Assembly: GCA_949358305.1 (NCBI GenBank)
Contig: OX442314.1
Location: 13,640,001 to 13,704,000, forward strand
Source: Strigamia acuminata
Taxonomy: Eukaryota
Direction: 5' to 3'
DNA length: 64,000 bases
Positions within the stretch are counted from its first letter, which is position 1, and the number at the start of each line of letters is the position of its first letter. The notes beneath the pieces were generated by a model that was not told where the DNA came from, did not search any database, and worked only from the letters and a program-made list of their open reading frames with translations. Both the position numbers and the translations under genes were made by a program. Shown piece by piece: positions 12,701 through 25,500 of this stretch.

Positions 12701-14954
12701 AATGACAAGTTTACCTTTCATGACTTAACCCAACACCGCACAACAAAACAACATCAATTCTAACCTCTCCGCCATACATCAAAATTAACTCGCGCATAAA
12801 CCGAGCGAAAATATTGAATTATTCCCGAAAATTAAAATTACTCTACCTCTACGGTCCTCTCGATTAATTTTATTCCTCCCCCTCTGTCTCTTTTCCCCTC
12901 ATTACAACAGCTTCTCAATCGAAATTAAGTTCTGCAGGCCTTAATTAGCTATAAAACCCAAATTTAGAGTTAATTTGCCATAGTTAGTAGAAAGAGGCAG
13001 CTGCCTGTGGTCACAGCTGGTCACTCGACACAAGCGGGCAAATTGGATTACGGCACGAGGATTTCCAAGGTGGACACTGCCAACTTGTTTACGGACGACA
13101 AGGGTCACTCACCTTCGCGCGCTCTAGTCGAATCTAATGAAGATGACAAACTGCATGTCGTTCGCATATCATTTTAAACATGCAACGTCGTCATCAGGCT
13201 AAACAAACACACGCTACTAGTACAGCGTCCACAACGAAGATACGAGTATTGCCAAACATTTCCTTTAATATTCACTAATAAATAACGAGGAAATTGATGG
13301 CGACCGCAAATCCCCTGGCGCTGCGATTTGAAAAGGAAATACATCGTCGCGGCCTCGACACGGTGACTTTGAAAAACCTTCCAATTTTACTCGTGACACG
13401 CTCCCAACCACTCTCGATAATCCCTCAAGTCTCATAAAACCTGAGCAATGGAATCCAATATGTTGGTATTGGCGTGCGACTGCTGCCAGACATGCTCGCT
13501 GCAACGCCAAGGATGAAGGCACTTTTGCCCTTTTTAGGCCCATTCAAAACTACTGGACCTTTGTTCACCTACCCAACTATGTAACCAACTTTTGACGTCT
13601 CCACCCCGACGGATAGTAAGTAGCACAGGGTCAGTGGCGCGTGGGGCCCTTCCCTATGCACTGAGAAATATACGCGTCCCTTTCGCGCCCCCTCTCCGAA
13701 CGAAGGGGCTGCTGGCATCACCGCAAACGCTGCAGCTCGTAAAACCAGGCCATAAAACCCTTTTGCCAACCGACTATCCACCTCCACATTCCTTGCAGGC
13801 GCACAGGTCGACGAGACGGGCGGGTTTATTGCCAGCACCAATGGGATTTTAATGTCCATTGGTCGCCATCTAGTCACAAAAAAACGAAGAAATGAACAGA
13901 GTTGTTGAAGCGCATACAAAAAAAAAAGAAAAAAAAGAAAAAAAAGAAAAGACTAACTCTATATGAAGTAATTTTGGCCAAAGTCCTTGATGATGAAAAA
14001 TTCCTCTCTCCCTCTCAAAAAAAAAAAACAACAGTAATCGCACATATTATTCCCATCATCATTAACAACTTGAGAAAATGTATCCTCCATCTTTAAAAAA
14101 AAAAAACAACTCCTGGGAAAAACTTTCCCCTAGTTTGTGTATTACATTAAACTACATCCGGAAAAACCTCTAGCGAGACAATTCTCTTCAAGCTAAGTGC
14201 AATCGAACAAACTTTCTCTCTCTCTCTCTCGTCTCCCTTCCACCACACAGCCACAACAAACAGCTATAACATGCTTAACAGCATAGAAGAGAGAAAATCA
14301 CGTCAGATCCCTTACTCCCACAGCTCCTGGCCAACATTCGAGTAACACCATGGACTAAAGGCTAGTTTAGCCGCCTCCTCTTTCCAATTACCTCAAACTG
14401 AGCCTGATCTAATCACGAATCGAATGAACATTCAGTGAGAAGAGTGGACGCTTGGGATGGTGAACTATGTGAAAACATTGCGCCGTTTAGCAGTGTGTAG
14501 TTACAAGCCCAGCCAACATTTTCCCTCGCAACGACCAACCCGACTTTGCACGTGGTCCCTTCATTCCTTATCGATTTTTCTCCATGTCAACGTCGTTCAA
14601 GGGGATTCTTCTTCTCCTGATCCCACATCATCCTCCGACTGTATCCCTCGACTCTCAATGCATATCATCATTTGCTCGAGCAATCTTCATTCGAGTTTGA
14701 AAAAGCCCAGTCGCTCTCTGAATGCATTATAATTCTCGAGCCGCAACCGCTCGACGACGGACTCTGGCGCGGTCACCCAACCGACAACGGGTTCCTCAAA
14801 GCTAAAACCTACTTGGTGTTCAAAAAAAAAGTGTTGCAAGAAGGCGAAAAGTGTGTTTGACAGGTGTTTGGACCGTGAACCCAGGTCGAGAATTTTTGAT
14901 GATGATTCAGCTCTCTGAGATGCCAAACTCAAGTCGCTTCGAACGCTCACTTAC

Positions 14955-14990
14955 GTCAGCATAAATCAAGAAAGGGAAGGTACGGAAGAT
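14955..14990 (-). CDS. Candidate 36-nt cassette microexon (IFRTFPFLIYAD)
   Basis: Strong polypyrimidine acceptor tttttttcctctctcttcctctatag| and donor GAC|gtaagtg. 36 nt, phase 0/0, no stop, located between two phase-0 junctions. Confidence 0.3.
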
Positions 14991-16699
14991 CTATAGAGGA
15001 AGAGAGAGGAAAAAAAGTACACGGAGCAAAATTAATCTGCACGCGCAGCAAGGGAGTTGAGAAAAAAAGAGCTAGTATATTGGGAAGAAGAGAAAAAGTG
15101 AAATCTCTCGTGGCATCAATTAGTTGGAAGAAGGAAAGTGAACGTATAAAAATGTAGGTGGAAAAAGAGAAGAAAAAATGGAGAAATATAGCTGGAATGA
15201 GCTTGTGAGACCAAACTCTCTATTTTAAAGATTTATAAAGATAAATCTTTAAAAAGCTTTAATTGACCCATGAAATTCGAGAAATGGTTTGTTGCACTTG
15301 CCCATAAAACTTTATTGCTCAAACTGGCGTGTAAAAACCCAAAATACACAACAGAAACTTAAGTTTAGGAAAATACATTCGCTTACGTCTGTGTTAATCC
15401 AACAAACTCGATGCATTTTTCCACTTTTATATTTTTTCTTTAGAATATTTATGACGTCGACTTTTTGTCAGAGAAGTGGTAAAGAGAATTGTGGATTTTT
15501 CGAACCCGTTTGGTAAACTTTGATGTTGGTTTTACGTTCATTTAATGGAAAAACAAAGACACTTACGGTAGGTAAATTTAGAAACACTTCATTAATAAGT
15601 CACTGTGTGTCACTAAATCAACAAATTCTGCAAGTATGGTCACATGCAAGGGTTTGTCTACGATTCCATCCTCAATACCTGACTCCACTTTCTAAAGGCA
15701 CTCAACAGAGGTCTCTGAGGATGGCTCCGTTAGTCTCGCCGTTAGTAGCAGAACTCATTATTAAAAAATGAGAAAAACACTAGTGTCATAAAATATCAAT
15801 TTATATATAAAAAAAAAAAAAAACTTTAAATGCGCATAAACTTTTTGCTTTAAATAAAAATTCACTTTCCAAAAATAAAAATAAAAATAATAAGAAAAAT
15901 ATTTTTTTTTTAAAAAAAAAAAAGTTTAAAGCACAAATTTTAATTAATTTCAATAATCAAGAAATGGCCAACATAAATCATTCATCACAAAAACTCGGCT
16001 GCGCAATCTCATATTTGCCATCGTTTATTTCCAATTAAAGAAACCATAAAAATGCACTAAAATAAAATAAATAAAAAATTAAAAAAAAAAAAATCCAATA
16101 AAAAATTCATTTTAAACCCCAGAGAGAGAAAAAAAAAAACCCGTGACTGTTTATTGATCGAATTACAAGCCCATATTAGTTGCGCGCTGACAAATTTACA
16201 ATATTTCAGTCAAATTGCCCTTAAAAAAACAAATGATATAAAAGAGCATGCGCACAGAAATTCTCATCGAGAGATTTCGATTGTAAGTGATAAAAAAGAA
16301 AGAAGAAAAAAAAAAGAGTGAATGCTTTTCTTCTGCAGTACCTCAGTGGTGCACGAGTGAATTGGTTTCAAATTATGATAAATGAGCAGCCGCTTCCACC
16401 AGCACACAACGAGTGCAACAGATTGGAAAATGATGAGCAAAATAATTGTAAGCGCAGCACAAACCTAAAACGACCCACTCCCACAAGGCACCACGGTCAT
16501 TTGTCGATTAAATCAATTTGGCACGTTTGTGGCCAAATATGACACGATAACACAAGTCCACACTAAAGACTTTAAAACCAACCAAATGTTACAATTACAA
16601 TTACCGTAAATGCTCCGATAGAACACCCCACCCGCACTCTACATTATAAACAAAACCAACATTTTGATAATGAATTCATTATTTATTTTAGTTGTTCTG

Positions 16700-16803
16700 T
16701 TCAATTTAGATGCTAAATTCAGCCGTTTTGGTCAATTTAGATGCTGAATTCAGCCGTTTTGGTCAATTTAGATACTGAATTCAGTCGTCTTGATCAATTT
16801 AGA
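16700..16803. repeat. 31-bp minisatellite, ~3.3 copies
   Basis: Unit GTCAATTTAGATGCTGAATTCAGCCGTTTTG starts at 16700, 16731 and 16762, with a partial copy at 16793. Confidence 0.92.
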
Positions 16804-19379
16804 CCCACCTTGTAATGGACATAGCATTCAATGAGCATCCAGTCCGTTTGTTATTTTAATGGACACGTCAAATTTTTATTCCCAGGCAAAAAATTAACAA
16901 AAACAATAATAAATAATTTTATTGCAGCCTTTGACAAACAACTATTATTAAATATCAAATATTCCATACTAAAATTGTTCAATTTTATTTTTTCCCCTAT
17001 GGTTTCATCAAAAGTAATCGAAACTAAGAAGAAACTCGTAAATTGACCCACGACTTATACGGTAATAGTTATTTATACCTCAATTACGAGTATATATTTT
17101 ATCACGACATCGTTAAAACTACAACATTAACAAATTTACAGCTCATTCACACTAATAATAAGTCACGATTTCATTCTTAATGATGACATCAGCTCGTGTA
17201 CAACATTTTAAAGGAAAGATGGTGCCCACCAAGCCCATCTCGTGCGGAGGAACGAGGCCCGCATGTAATTTCAAAGGGATCAAAAACTCCCGACGGAGCA
17301 AGTCGCTCCTCAGGGCCTTAATTACATCGAAAGCTTTCCTTCTCACCTGCCACATAGTGAAAATGGCACCTGCTTTAAAAAAAATTGCACCTGTCCATTG
17401 GACGACTTGATCATTATGTCATTTCATGACACCCAACTGCCCCTGGCCACGTCTACATCTGACATAATAAAAAATAAAATAAAATAACTCAAGTGGAGTG
17501 TAAAAATATTATTTCTGTAATTACCCAATTAAAAAACACGATATAAATAAATTTTTAAAAAAAAAAAAAAATTCAGAAAAAAAATGAAAAATAAAATTCT
17601 CCCGCTCGAGTTATAAATAAAAAGTTTTGCTGACAGACGACAACCAAGTTCATTGAGATTCGGATTGATATGTTCGCAGCTTACTGATCGGCTGGACAAA
17701 AGAAAAGATTTCATTTCCAAACGATGCACTTCAGCATACCAATGAGTGAAGTGATCACAGAACAACTTCAAAGCAGAGAAAGAGACAACCGAGGCGAGAA
17801 TAAAAACTAGAAGAAAAAAATGTTTTCTCCCCCCCCCCCTTTTTCTTTTTCTTTTAAAACCTAATCCCCGAGATGTATTAATGTGTTTTTCGTGTTTTCA
17901 AGTTCACGTTATCAACTCAAGCGAAAAAGAGAATGATGTAGTTGGTACATACACTAAGATAAAGCAAAAAGCTGTAGAAAAACTTCCTAAAATCAAAAAA
18001 AAAATTTAAACGACAAAGAATGACCTATCAACATCAGAAAAAAAAATTTAAAAGACGGAAAAAAATCCATCACTATAATGTCTGATGCATTAAAAAAATT
18101 TACATGCCATGATAGAGATACAGTATAAATAATGACTGAGACAGGTTCCTTGTATAAATAAATGCTCTTTCTCCCAAGTGTGCAGATAAATGACTGTGGC
18201 GAAATTTTTTATTTGCAAAATTATAAATTAAAAAAATTAAAAAAAAAAAAAAAAATTTCAAACGATAATTTGATGTATCGCTCACTTTTAATCTAAACAC
18301 CTCTATACGTGGCATTAACCGATGAAAACAAAACTTGAGCTAATTACAAATGCGCAGCATGAACCGTGCATTTTCACATCAAACCTGAGTCAACACTCAA
18401 GGTTATCTCGAATATTACTCAAAGTGGTCTAGATATACTGATTAGCAACATCAACAAAACAGAGCGGTCACCCACCCCTGATAACACAAAAACATATGCA
18501 GAGTGCGCACGTGGATCTACAACCATTATTATAGTTTCAACATTTAAAGATAAACCCATGATTCAGAGAAAATTCTATCTCCTGTCCCCAAATTTCTGGT
18601 TGAAAATCACGGATTGGCTCAAGCTACCCGGCCCTGTTTTCTGCATCGAAGAATCTTAAAGTATGAACCCGCTATTATTCAAATTATTATATTTGCTAGT
18701 CATTTAACTAATTAAATAAAGATTACATGCACAGCATTGAGTAATTAATGCTCAGCTCAAAGTCTCCTACTTCTAGCTTTTGATTGCACGATGTAAAGAC
18801 CTAATTTTACAACAATAAAAGGACTTGATTGAACCTAAGTCCGCCATGTTTAAACATGGATTGGATGGATTAAAAGCTACACCGTGGAACTTCGAACCTA
18901 ATGATGTCGCAGTGCTGAATCACACCACTGAAACAGAATCGTCTATGCAAATGACTTCAGACTAATGATTTCTTTGGAAGAATTTTGTATTTACGTTCAA
19001 ATTAAATCCTGCTTCCCTCAAATAAAGAGACATTTTATTCATAAACAATCAAGTCGACAAAAAATGCATTACAAAACGTGTTTCATTCCAAAAAAAGCAT
19101 GTTTTATAACAAATTTTGACCCGAATTAACTGCTTACACTAATGAATTGCATGTAAACTTAAATTAAAAATACATAACAAACCACCATAGCTTCAACAAA
19201 GTTATGTTAATTAAACTAGAGCTCTAATGCACATGACCCTTAATAAATAACCACATGATGCAAAACACACAATTCGTCAAAATAAGAAAGTATTGAAAGG
19301 AAAAAAACAAGAAAATGTAAAAGTTAAGGTGAAAGAAAGAAAGAAAGATATTCACCTTGAGCTGAGAAGGCACGCCTAC

Positions 19380-19542
19380 CTCGATGGGGGCCATCGTCTG
19401 CTCAGGAACGCAATGGTTTGGGAGAGGGGGCCGCCGAAATCGGGCTAGGTCTTCATAGAGGACGCAGGGTGACTCCGACCGGACACAATGATTCTGCGGA
19501 GATGTCTTACACGGAAGGAAATTCTGCATTTTCTTCTTATGT
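19380..19542 (-). CDS. Internal coding exon, juxtamembrane region (HKKKMQNFLPCKTSPQNHCV...APIE)
   Basis: Acceptor ttttttgttgcag|A at 19543/19542 completes the split AA|A (Lys) codon from the previous exon. The frame is open and GC-rich. Phase-0 donor GAG|gtaggc at 19380, with an alternative phase-0 donor AAG|gtgaat at 19356. Confidence 0.88.
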
Positions 19543-22500
19543 CTGCAACAAAAAATAAAAAATAAAATTACATGTCTCTAGAAAATTACACTTTCTAAGG
19601 GTCCTTTTTAAAGCCCAAAGTTATTTCTCCGAAGAGTCAACTGCGTGTGAAACAAGCGGCATCAGCGAGCTGTGGATAATTACTTTATGATTAAGCCGAA
19701 ACTATGACGCGCATACGCTCAAGAAGCAACGTCGACATCCAAGATTGCTCGATGCATTCATTAAAAGTGGAAATCCCTTGTACAGACACTAAGCCAAGCG
19801 TGCAAAAGCAAACAGACGTTGGCAAAAGAAATGCAAACTCCTTTATATTATCACACGAGCAATTCCAACAAGAGCAAACATATATCTGACAACTTAATGC
19901 TACGTATATACCCTCATTCTTTAAGACCATCAACTATTCTTCTTTTTAATGCTCTTTTTTTGCTCCAACAATTAAAATCGCCATCTTTAATACAAGATAG
20001 AATTATGTCAACATCATTAAGAGTAATGTTCGTACCCTGACATAATTAAAAGTGGTAAACTAACTTGATATTTTACCAAATAATTATTGAATGTATTAAT
20101 TTTAAAATACGTGTAGAATTAACTGATTTATTCCATTGCAAGATAGAAAAATTTGCCAGAACCGCAACAAAGAGGTAATAATACACAATGGCCTCGTTTT
20201 CAGCCGGGCATGAAATGCACTTGCGTAATCATAAGACCGGCCATTACACAATTCTAATGTGAGAGTAAAAACAATAGCGTTACTAAATGACTGTCTTGTT
20301 TTCTTTACCCTATAATCGCGTGTTTTTAGTCTTTTTTAAAAATTATTTTTAAATGCATGTTGATACATTTTTTTTTATTTTTCACAAATAAATATTATTT
20401 TCAATGAATAAACAACACACAAAAAATAAAAAAAAATCGTCATTCTCTGTTTACAATTGAAAAAACGTCCAATAAAAACCAAACTGCCCTTATTTAATTT
20501 CTAAAGCGACGAATGCACGAAAAAACACAATAAATAATAAAACTTGTATTGCATATCGATCAACCACAAACAATTTCTTCCCTCAGTCTTTTCCCCTTCC
20601 CACGATGCACTTTTATTGATTTCTCCAGCAAAGGGAAGACTAGGTGAGTGTGGGGAGATAGAGGGGCAGATGAGAACTGGCACACAGAGCTCACTGCATC
20701 CGACTCGTCCACGCGGAAGAAACTGAGATTTTCCCGCTCTTCCACCTCGCTACTCTCCCTACTGATAACATCGTTATCCAGCCCGCTTTTCTTCTGTATG
20801 AATATAGAAATAACTGACCCACTCCCCTCTGTTTCCACTTACCACACCCATTCAACATCAAACAAAATATCTCCATTTAAAGAATAAAAGAAAAAAAAAA
20901 AAAAATATTAAACACGCACGATTTAACATAAATAGCATTTTAAAAATGCTTATAAAAATTCTTCCTCGCTCTCAACCGTGCAGAAAATGTGGGATTTTAC
21001 AGCAATCCCTTCGCCCCCTATCGAGAAGAAGTTTATCTGCATTAAAATATAATTCGAATCAACGAAAAACACAAAAAGAAAAGTTGCGCAAATAAATTCG
21101 CGCAAAGAAGAAACCAAGTCGCAAATAAAGAGTGGCCAACGAGACTGACGAGTCAAAAGAGGCCACTTGCGAGTCCCCTCTGGAGCACGAGCATTTGGTC
21201 GGAATTAAACGAATTTAAAAGTTGCCTCTTATTCCAACCCCTTGCTGGGGTTAAACATGATGGAACCGCAAATTAAGTGAGAGAAGCACCAAGGGTTATC
21301 CAAAAGGTGAATTAGGCAAGGCACAGAGAGCGCAGCGCCTCCACGAGATAAATCATTTGTTGCTTTCGACTTCTTTTAAAGTTCACCGCACTTGGATTTA
21401 AATTATCGCTCGCAGAGGGTAGAGAAAAAAGAAAGACGTAGGCGTTTGACCGTTTAATGCGTGACGTTTGAAAAGGGACAGAAAGAGTTAAGAGGCGAGA
21501 AGAAAAGAGAAGAGAAAAGAAATAATGAGTTGTGACTCTGCCGTTATTGAGTATGTGGCTGATTGGATTTGGGCGAGCGTGTAAAATCTCATTCGTCAAT
21601 AGCCAATAACGGGAGACAATCCATCAACACTTGATCCTGGGGGCTTTTCGTGACTCGACTCCTGCGGTGCAGATTCCTTCACCTTGTGCAAACCTTTCTG
21701 TCTGTCTCTGCACTCCACATATATTCAAGGTGACGATAAACGAGCGCCGTGTCACCTTGCTCAACTCTCCACTACATCACTTTTCAAACGATTCGTCACG
21801 CGAGTTCGCCTTTAAAAACTTTATGCATTACATACTAATACTGAACCAAGATTAATTTAACGCCGCCATCTTAATAACTCTTCAGGTGGTTGATGGGGCG
21901 TGGCTGATGAGAAACTGAAGATGGCAGGGTCGCAGTTCGCTCAGGCAATTATCACTCAGCACATGATTGTGGCATTAGCCATGATCAGCTGTGAAGCGCG
22001 CGCCTTCTCCCCACTGCTCGGCCCTGCACTGCAGGGATTACCACGTGACAGGTGACGTGCTTACAATCCGGCACATCATTAGCGCGACGTCTCATTTTGT
22101 TTCAAACCCATTGACAAATTCCCCACATTCAAATCAATTTTTTCAAATCAATATTTCACCTCAAATTCGAAACAAACTTGAAATGCCCAAATGTTTACAT
22201 AAAATTGCGAATCCAACATGGCGTCTACTCAACCAAACTTCGGAAATGATTGAGTCACAAATTGTCATTTTAAAAGCGAGCCGTTTAAAAAAACGGTAGC
22301 CCCTTTTTAGTGCTTTCATTGCCGGTTGCGAGCAATGGTAAAAGTCTCTCAAAAACTAGCTCGCAACTGTCGTAAGTTTTTTATTGCGCATGTGCGGTAG
22401 TTATCGGAGACCCCCATAAACCGAACTACGCAAAATCCACTTATTCGAAAGTTCCTATTTATTCGTAACGTATCTGCATTTCTTCTTTTTGTTTTTTGTT

Positions 22501-25500
22501 TCCACTCAAAAATCAATATGAGCTAAAATGTATTTTGCTATTATATGAGTGCACGAAAAATTATTCATAAATGTGAATTAAATCAGGTTTAAAGATCTCT
22601 TTCTGCATCACCGATTCCCACTCATCCTGTCGTAATTTTCTTCTCAGACCCCTGATGGAACTAGAGATTCACGTTTCCTAGTCGTGTGCACAGAAAGTGC
22701 CATTTGCAAATGAAATGGCGCTCTTCCGGATGAAGAGGGCGCCAAACACTCGTCCTGTAATCGACGTGAATTTCCTCTTTCATTTTCTCTACTACCTTAC
22801 CTTCTATACGAAAAGGATAGAGAGAAACCACAGCGTGTGATCACTTCATTCCTTCTTTTCCTCCTTTTTATTTCTCCCTTCGTGAGAGTTCATTTCACGT
22901 TACCTGCACGAGTGCCGTATATCAACTCCAGGAGAAATAGAACTCAAAAAACACACCCAAACTAACACACAAAAAACCAAAAAAAAAGAAAGGAAGAAAT
23001 GAAAAACTAATAATAATAATAAAAGCAATTTCCTTTCCCTTTCCAACACAACAAAATATAAACGAAATAGCAAAAATAAAATAAAACCCCGAATTGTCAT
23101 TTATTTCAAGGGTCTTTTGACTCTTTTCCCTTTATCAACCTTGATCAAACTGTCCAGAAGTCGAATAAAATATCAAGAATATTGAAAATTCCTTCCCTAT
23201 TTCAAAAGAATGAGTTGTGGGGAAATTGGAGCGAGGGGAGAAAACATATATGGCCAACTTGAAATTCAAACTCGAGAAAGGAAGATCAATAACTTGTGAC
23301 TAAAGGAAAGAAGAAATAGTAATGCAATGCTAATCGGGCGACGGATCAACAAGAAACCGCTGCTGCAATGCTCACTGTAAGCAAAGTTATCAGAAGAAGA
23401 AACCACGTGCACATGCCTGCCAGAAGGTCACCGTATGTGTCGACTATGTTTCCAACTGAGAATACTGCAAGGAATTGAAAAGGTTTTTACACTCCTGTCA
23501 CAAACCCCCATACAAACTGCTTATCGCACCTCGGCCGACAGTTTGCACAACTTTACGTTTCACTAGACACGCTGATTAATTATTGATCCTTTACCCTTAC
23601 CTGCGTTACACTTTTTTTCCTCCATACTTTTTGCTTTTGCATCACATTCCACGACAGGAAACTTATCCATATAGAAATATGCCGCCAAAAAATCATAACT
23701 TTTTGCAAACTTTCCACTCACCCGCAGAAATAAATAAATAAAATTCCATGTTTAATTTTTCCCCCGAAAAGAAAAAGCAGAAAAAAATGTTTTTTTTATT
23801 TTTTTTATTTTTTTTATTTTACTAATACCCAATTTCCATCCGCGGAATATAACCTTAGAAACCCCATGCGGACAGATCAAAAAAGCAGTAGGAAAGTACG
23901 TACTCTTATCATCTTCATACAATGCGAAACAATCTCTATACACTCCATAATAAAAAGACCCAATGCACTGCTTGTGTCGAATAAAACCTGGTAATATTCG
24001 CATACACACATTCCTTAGGCGGATTTGCACAAACCAGGGGTGCAACTGCGGTCTCTTTACATACAAAACACGTCCTTTGGCCAAAGGCACCGAAAATTCC
24101 ACACAAAAATATGATTACAAAATGTGTATCGTATTACGAGACTTGAAACCACATCACCAAATAATGAAATAAAGTGCGATCTTACACTTCTTATATTTTA
24201 CACAAATTCCAATACAAAACTTACAACTTTCCTTCTATCATTCATCTTGAAATTTGAAGCTAATAAGATACGAAAAGAAAAATTATTAAGTGATGTATTA
24301 AAAAAGGTCGAAAAAGAGGTCGGTGTAGAGGAAAAACTTTCACCATTATAAAGAAAAAAAAAAACCATCACACTCAACTAACGGAAAAGTTCAATTCACC
24401 AAGGAGCATGATTGAAAAATTAATCGAAATAGCCAGAGAAAATGACACTTTCCCGCATTACACCACAACACGTTAAAAACTACTCGAGGGATAACATTAC
24501 CGAACAACCCCCCAAATGGATCGCCCAAAAAAAAAAAAAAAAAAAAAAAAAAATGACGATGAAACTAAAAGATAAAATACAGATAAAAGAAATTTTAATT
24601 GCTATAAAGAATTTTTTTTTAAAATGATTTACGGCCAACGTTTTATTTTATTAAATATTGATCAGAATCAAAGAGTCGACCCCCCGCTGCAGGTTGAGCT
24701 TTGGTACTCTTGTACTCTGTCACGCAGGCCGAATACAAACATGCGGAATCGCGGTTAAGGGATGCAAAGGTCATTCACCGTCTACAAAACAATCAAAACA
24801 AATTATTACCAACACTTGTTGGCTTGTTTTCAACAGAAACTGCTTTGGATACAGCTTGGAAAATCTGTGTCGCGTGCATTCTGATGAGTTGTGTGACCAT
24901 TCGAAAAAAAATCTTTCAAAAATAAAATTGCCAGTAAACAAATACAAAAATTCCAGTTTAAAGTTTAATATTGTTATCAATTGAGTTTTTCCTTACGCAT
25001 TATTTCTACCTATCCATTGTTCTTTTCTATTGCTAACAAGAAAATAACACAGAAACGTCATTTTTAAAGCGTTTTAGGTTCATATTTGCACTAAATCAAA
25101 CAAAAAACCCATTTTTTTCAGTTAAAAAGTGCAATTTATCGCCATCAAATACTTTCTCCGCACGTAATAAAAAGATCAATTGAAGCACATAAAATATTAA
25201 CTTTTGCGTCTGAATAGTGCTTTTTAGAAACTGCAAATATCCGAATTGACATTTGCCAAATTAAAGAACGCAGAATTGTCTGTACCGAATTTTCATATTC
25301 ATTTTCATCCACAGTATTGTTTACACCATGTGTGTTTACGTTTATTTATTGTTAACATATGTAAACCTATACTATAAAAACATTTTCCCAGAGTATAGAT
25401 CTTTTTATTGTAAATAAACGCCATTTAAAATTATCACTTGTGAACAAAGTTTCAGGTAAACAACTGTTATATTTAAGCGTTGTTAAGTAAATAATTACTT

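Noticed and set aside
16700..16803. Palindrome-containing repeats as a CRISPR array
   Set aside because: The units are head-to-tail with no unique spacers, there are no cas genes, and the context is a eukaryotic intron.
20836..20900. Consensus GTAAGT donor with an upstream T-rich tract as another microexon
   Set aside because: The only acceptor is a weak GAG, and the resulting ~28-nt exon would shift the frame.
22716..22744. TGGCGCTCTTC...GAAGAGGGCGCCA hairpin
   Set aside because: Short and imperfect, with no supporting context such as a Helitron end or terminator logic.
25440..25457. GTGAACAAAGTTTCAGGT, resembling insect miR-87 as I recall it
   Set aside because: The mismatch falls in the seed, the 3' end diverges, and there is no complementary 5' arm to form a precursor.
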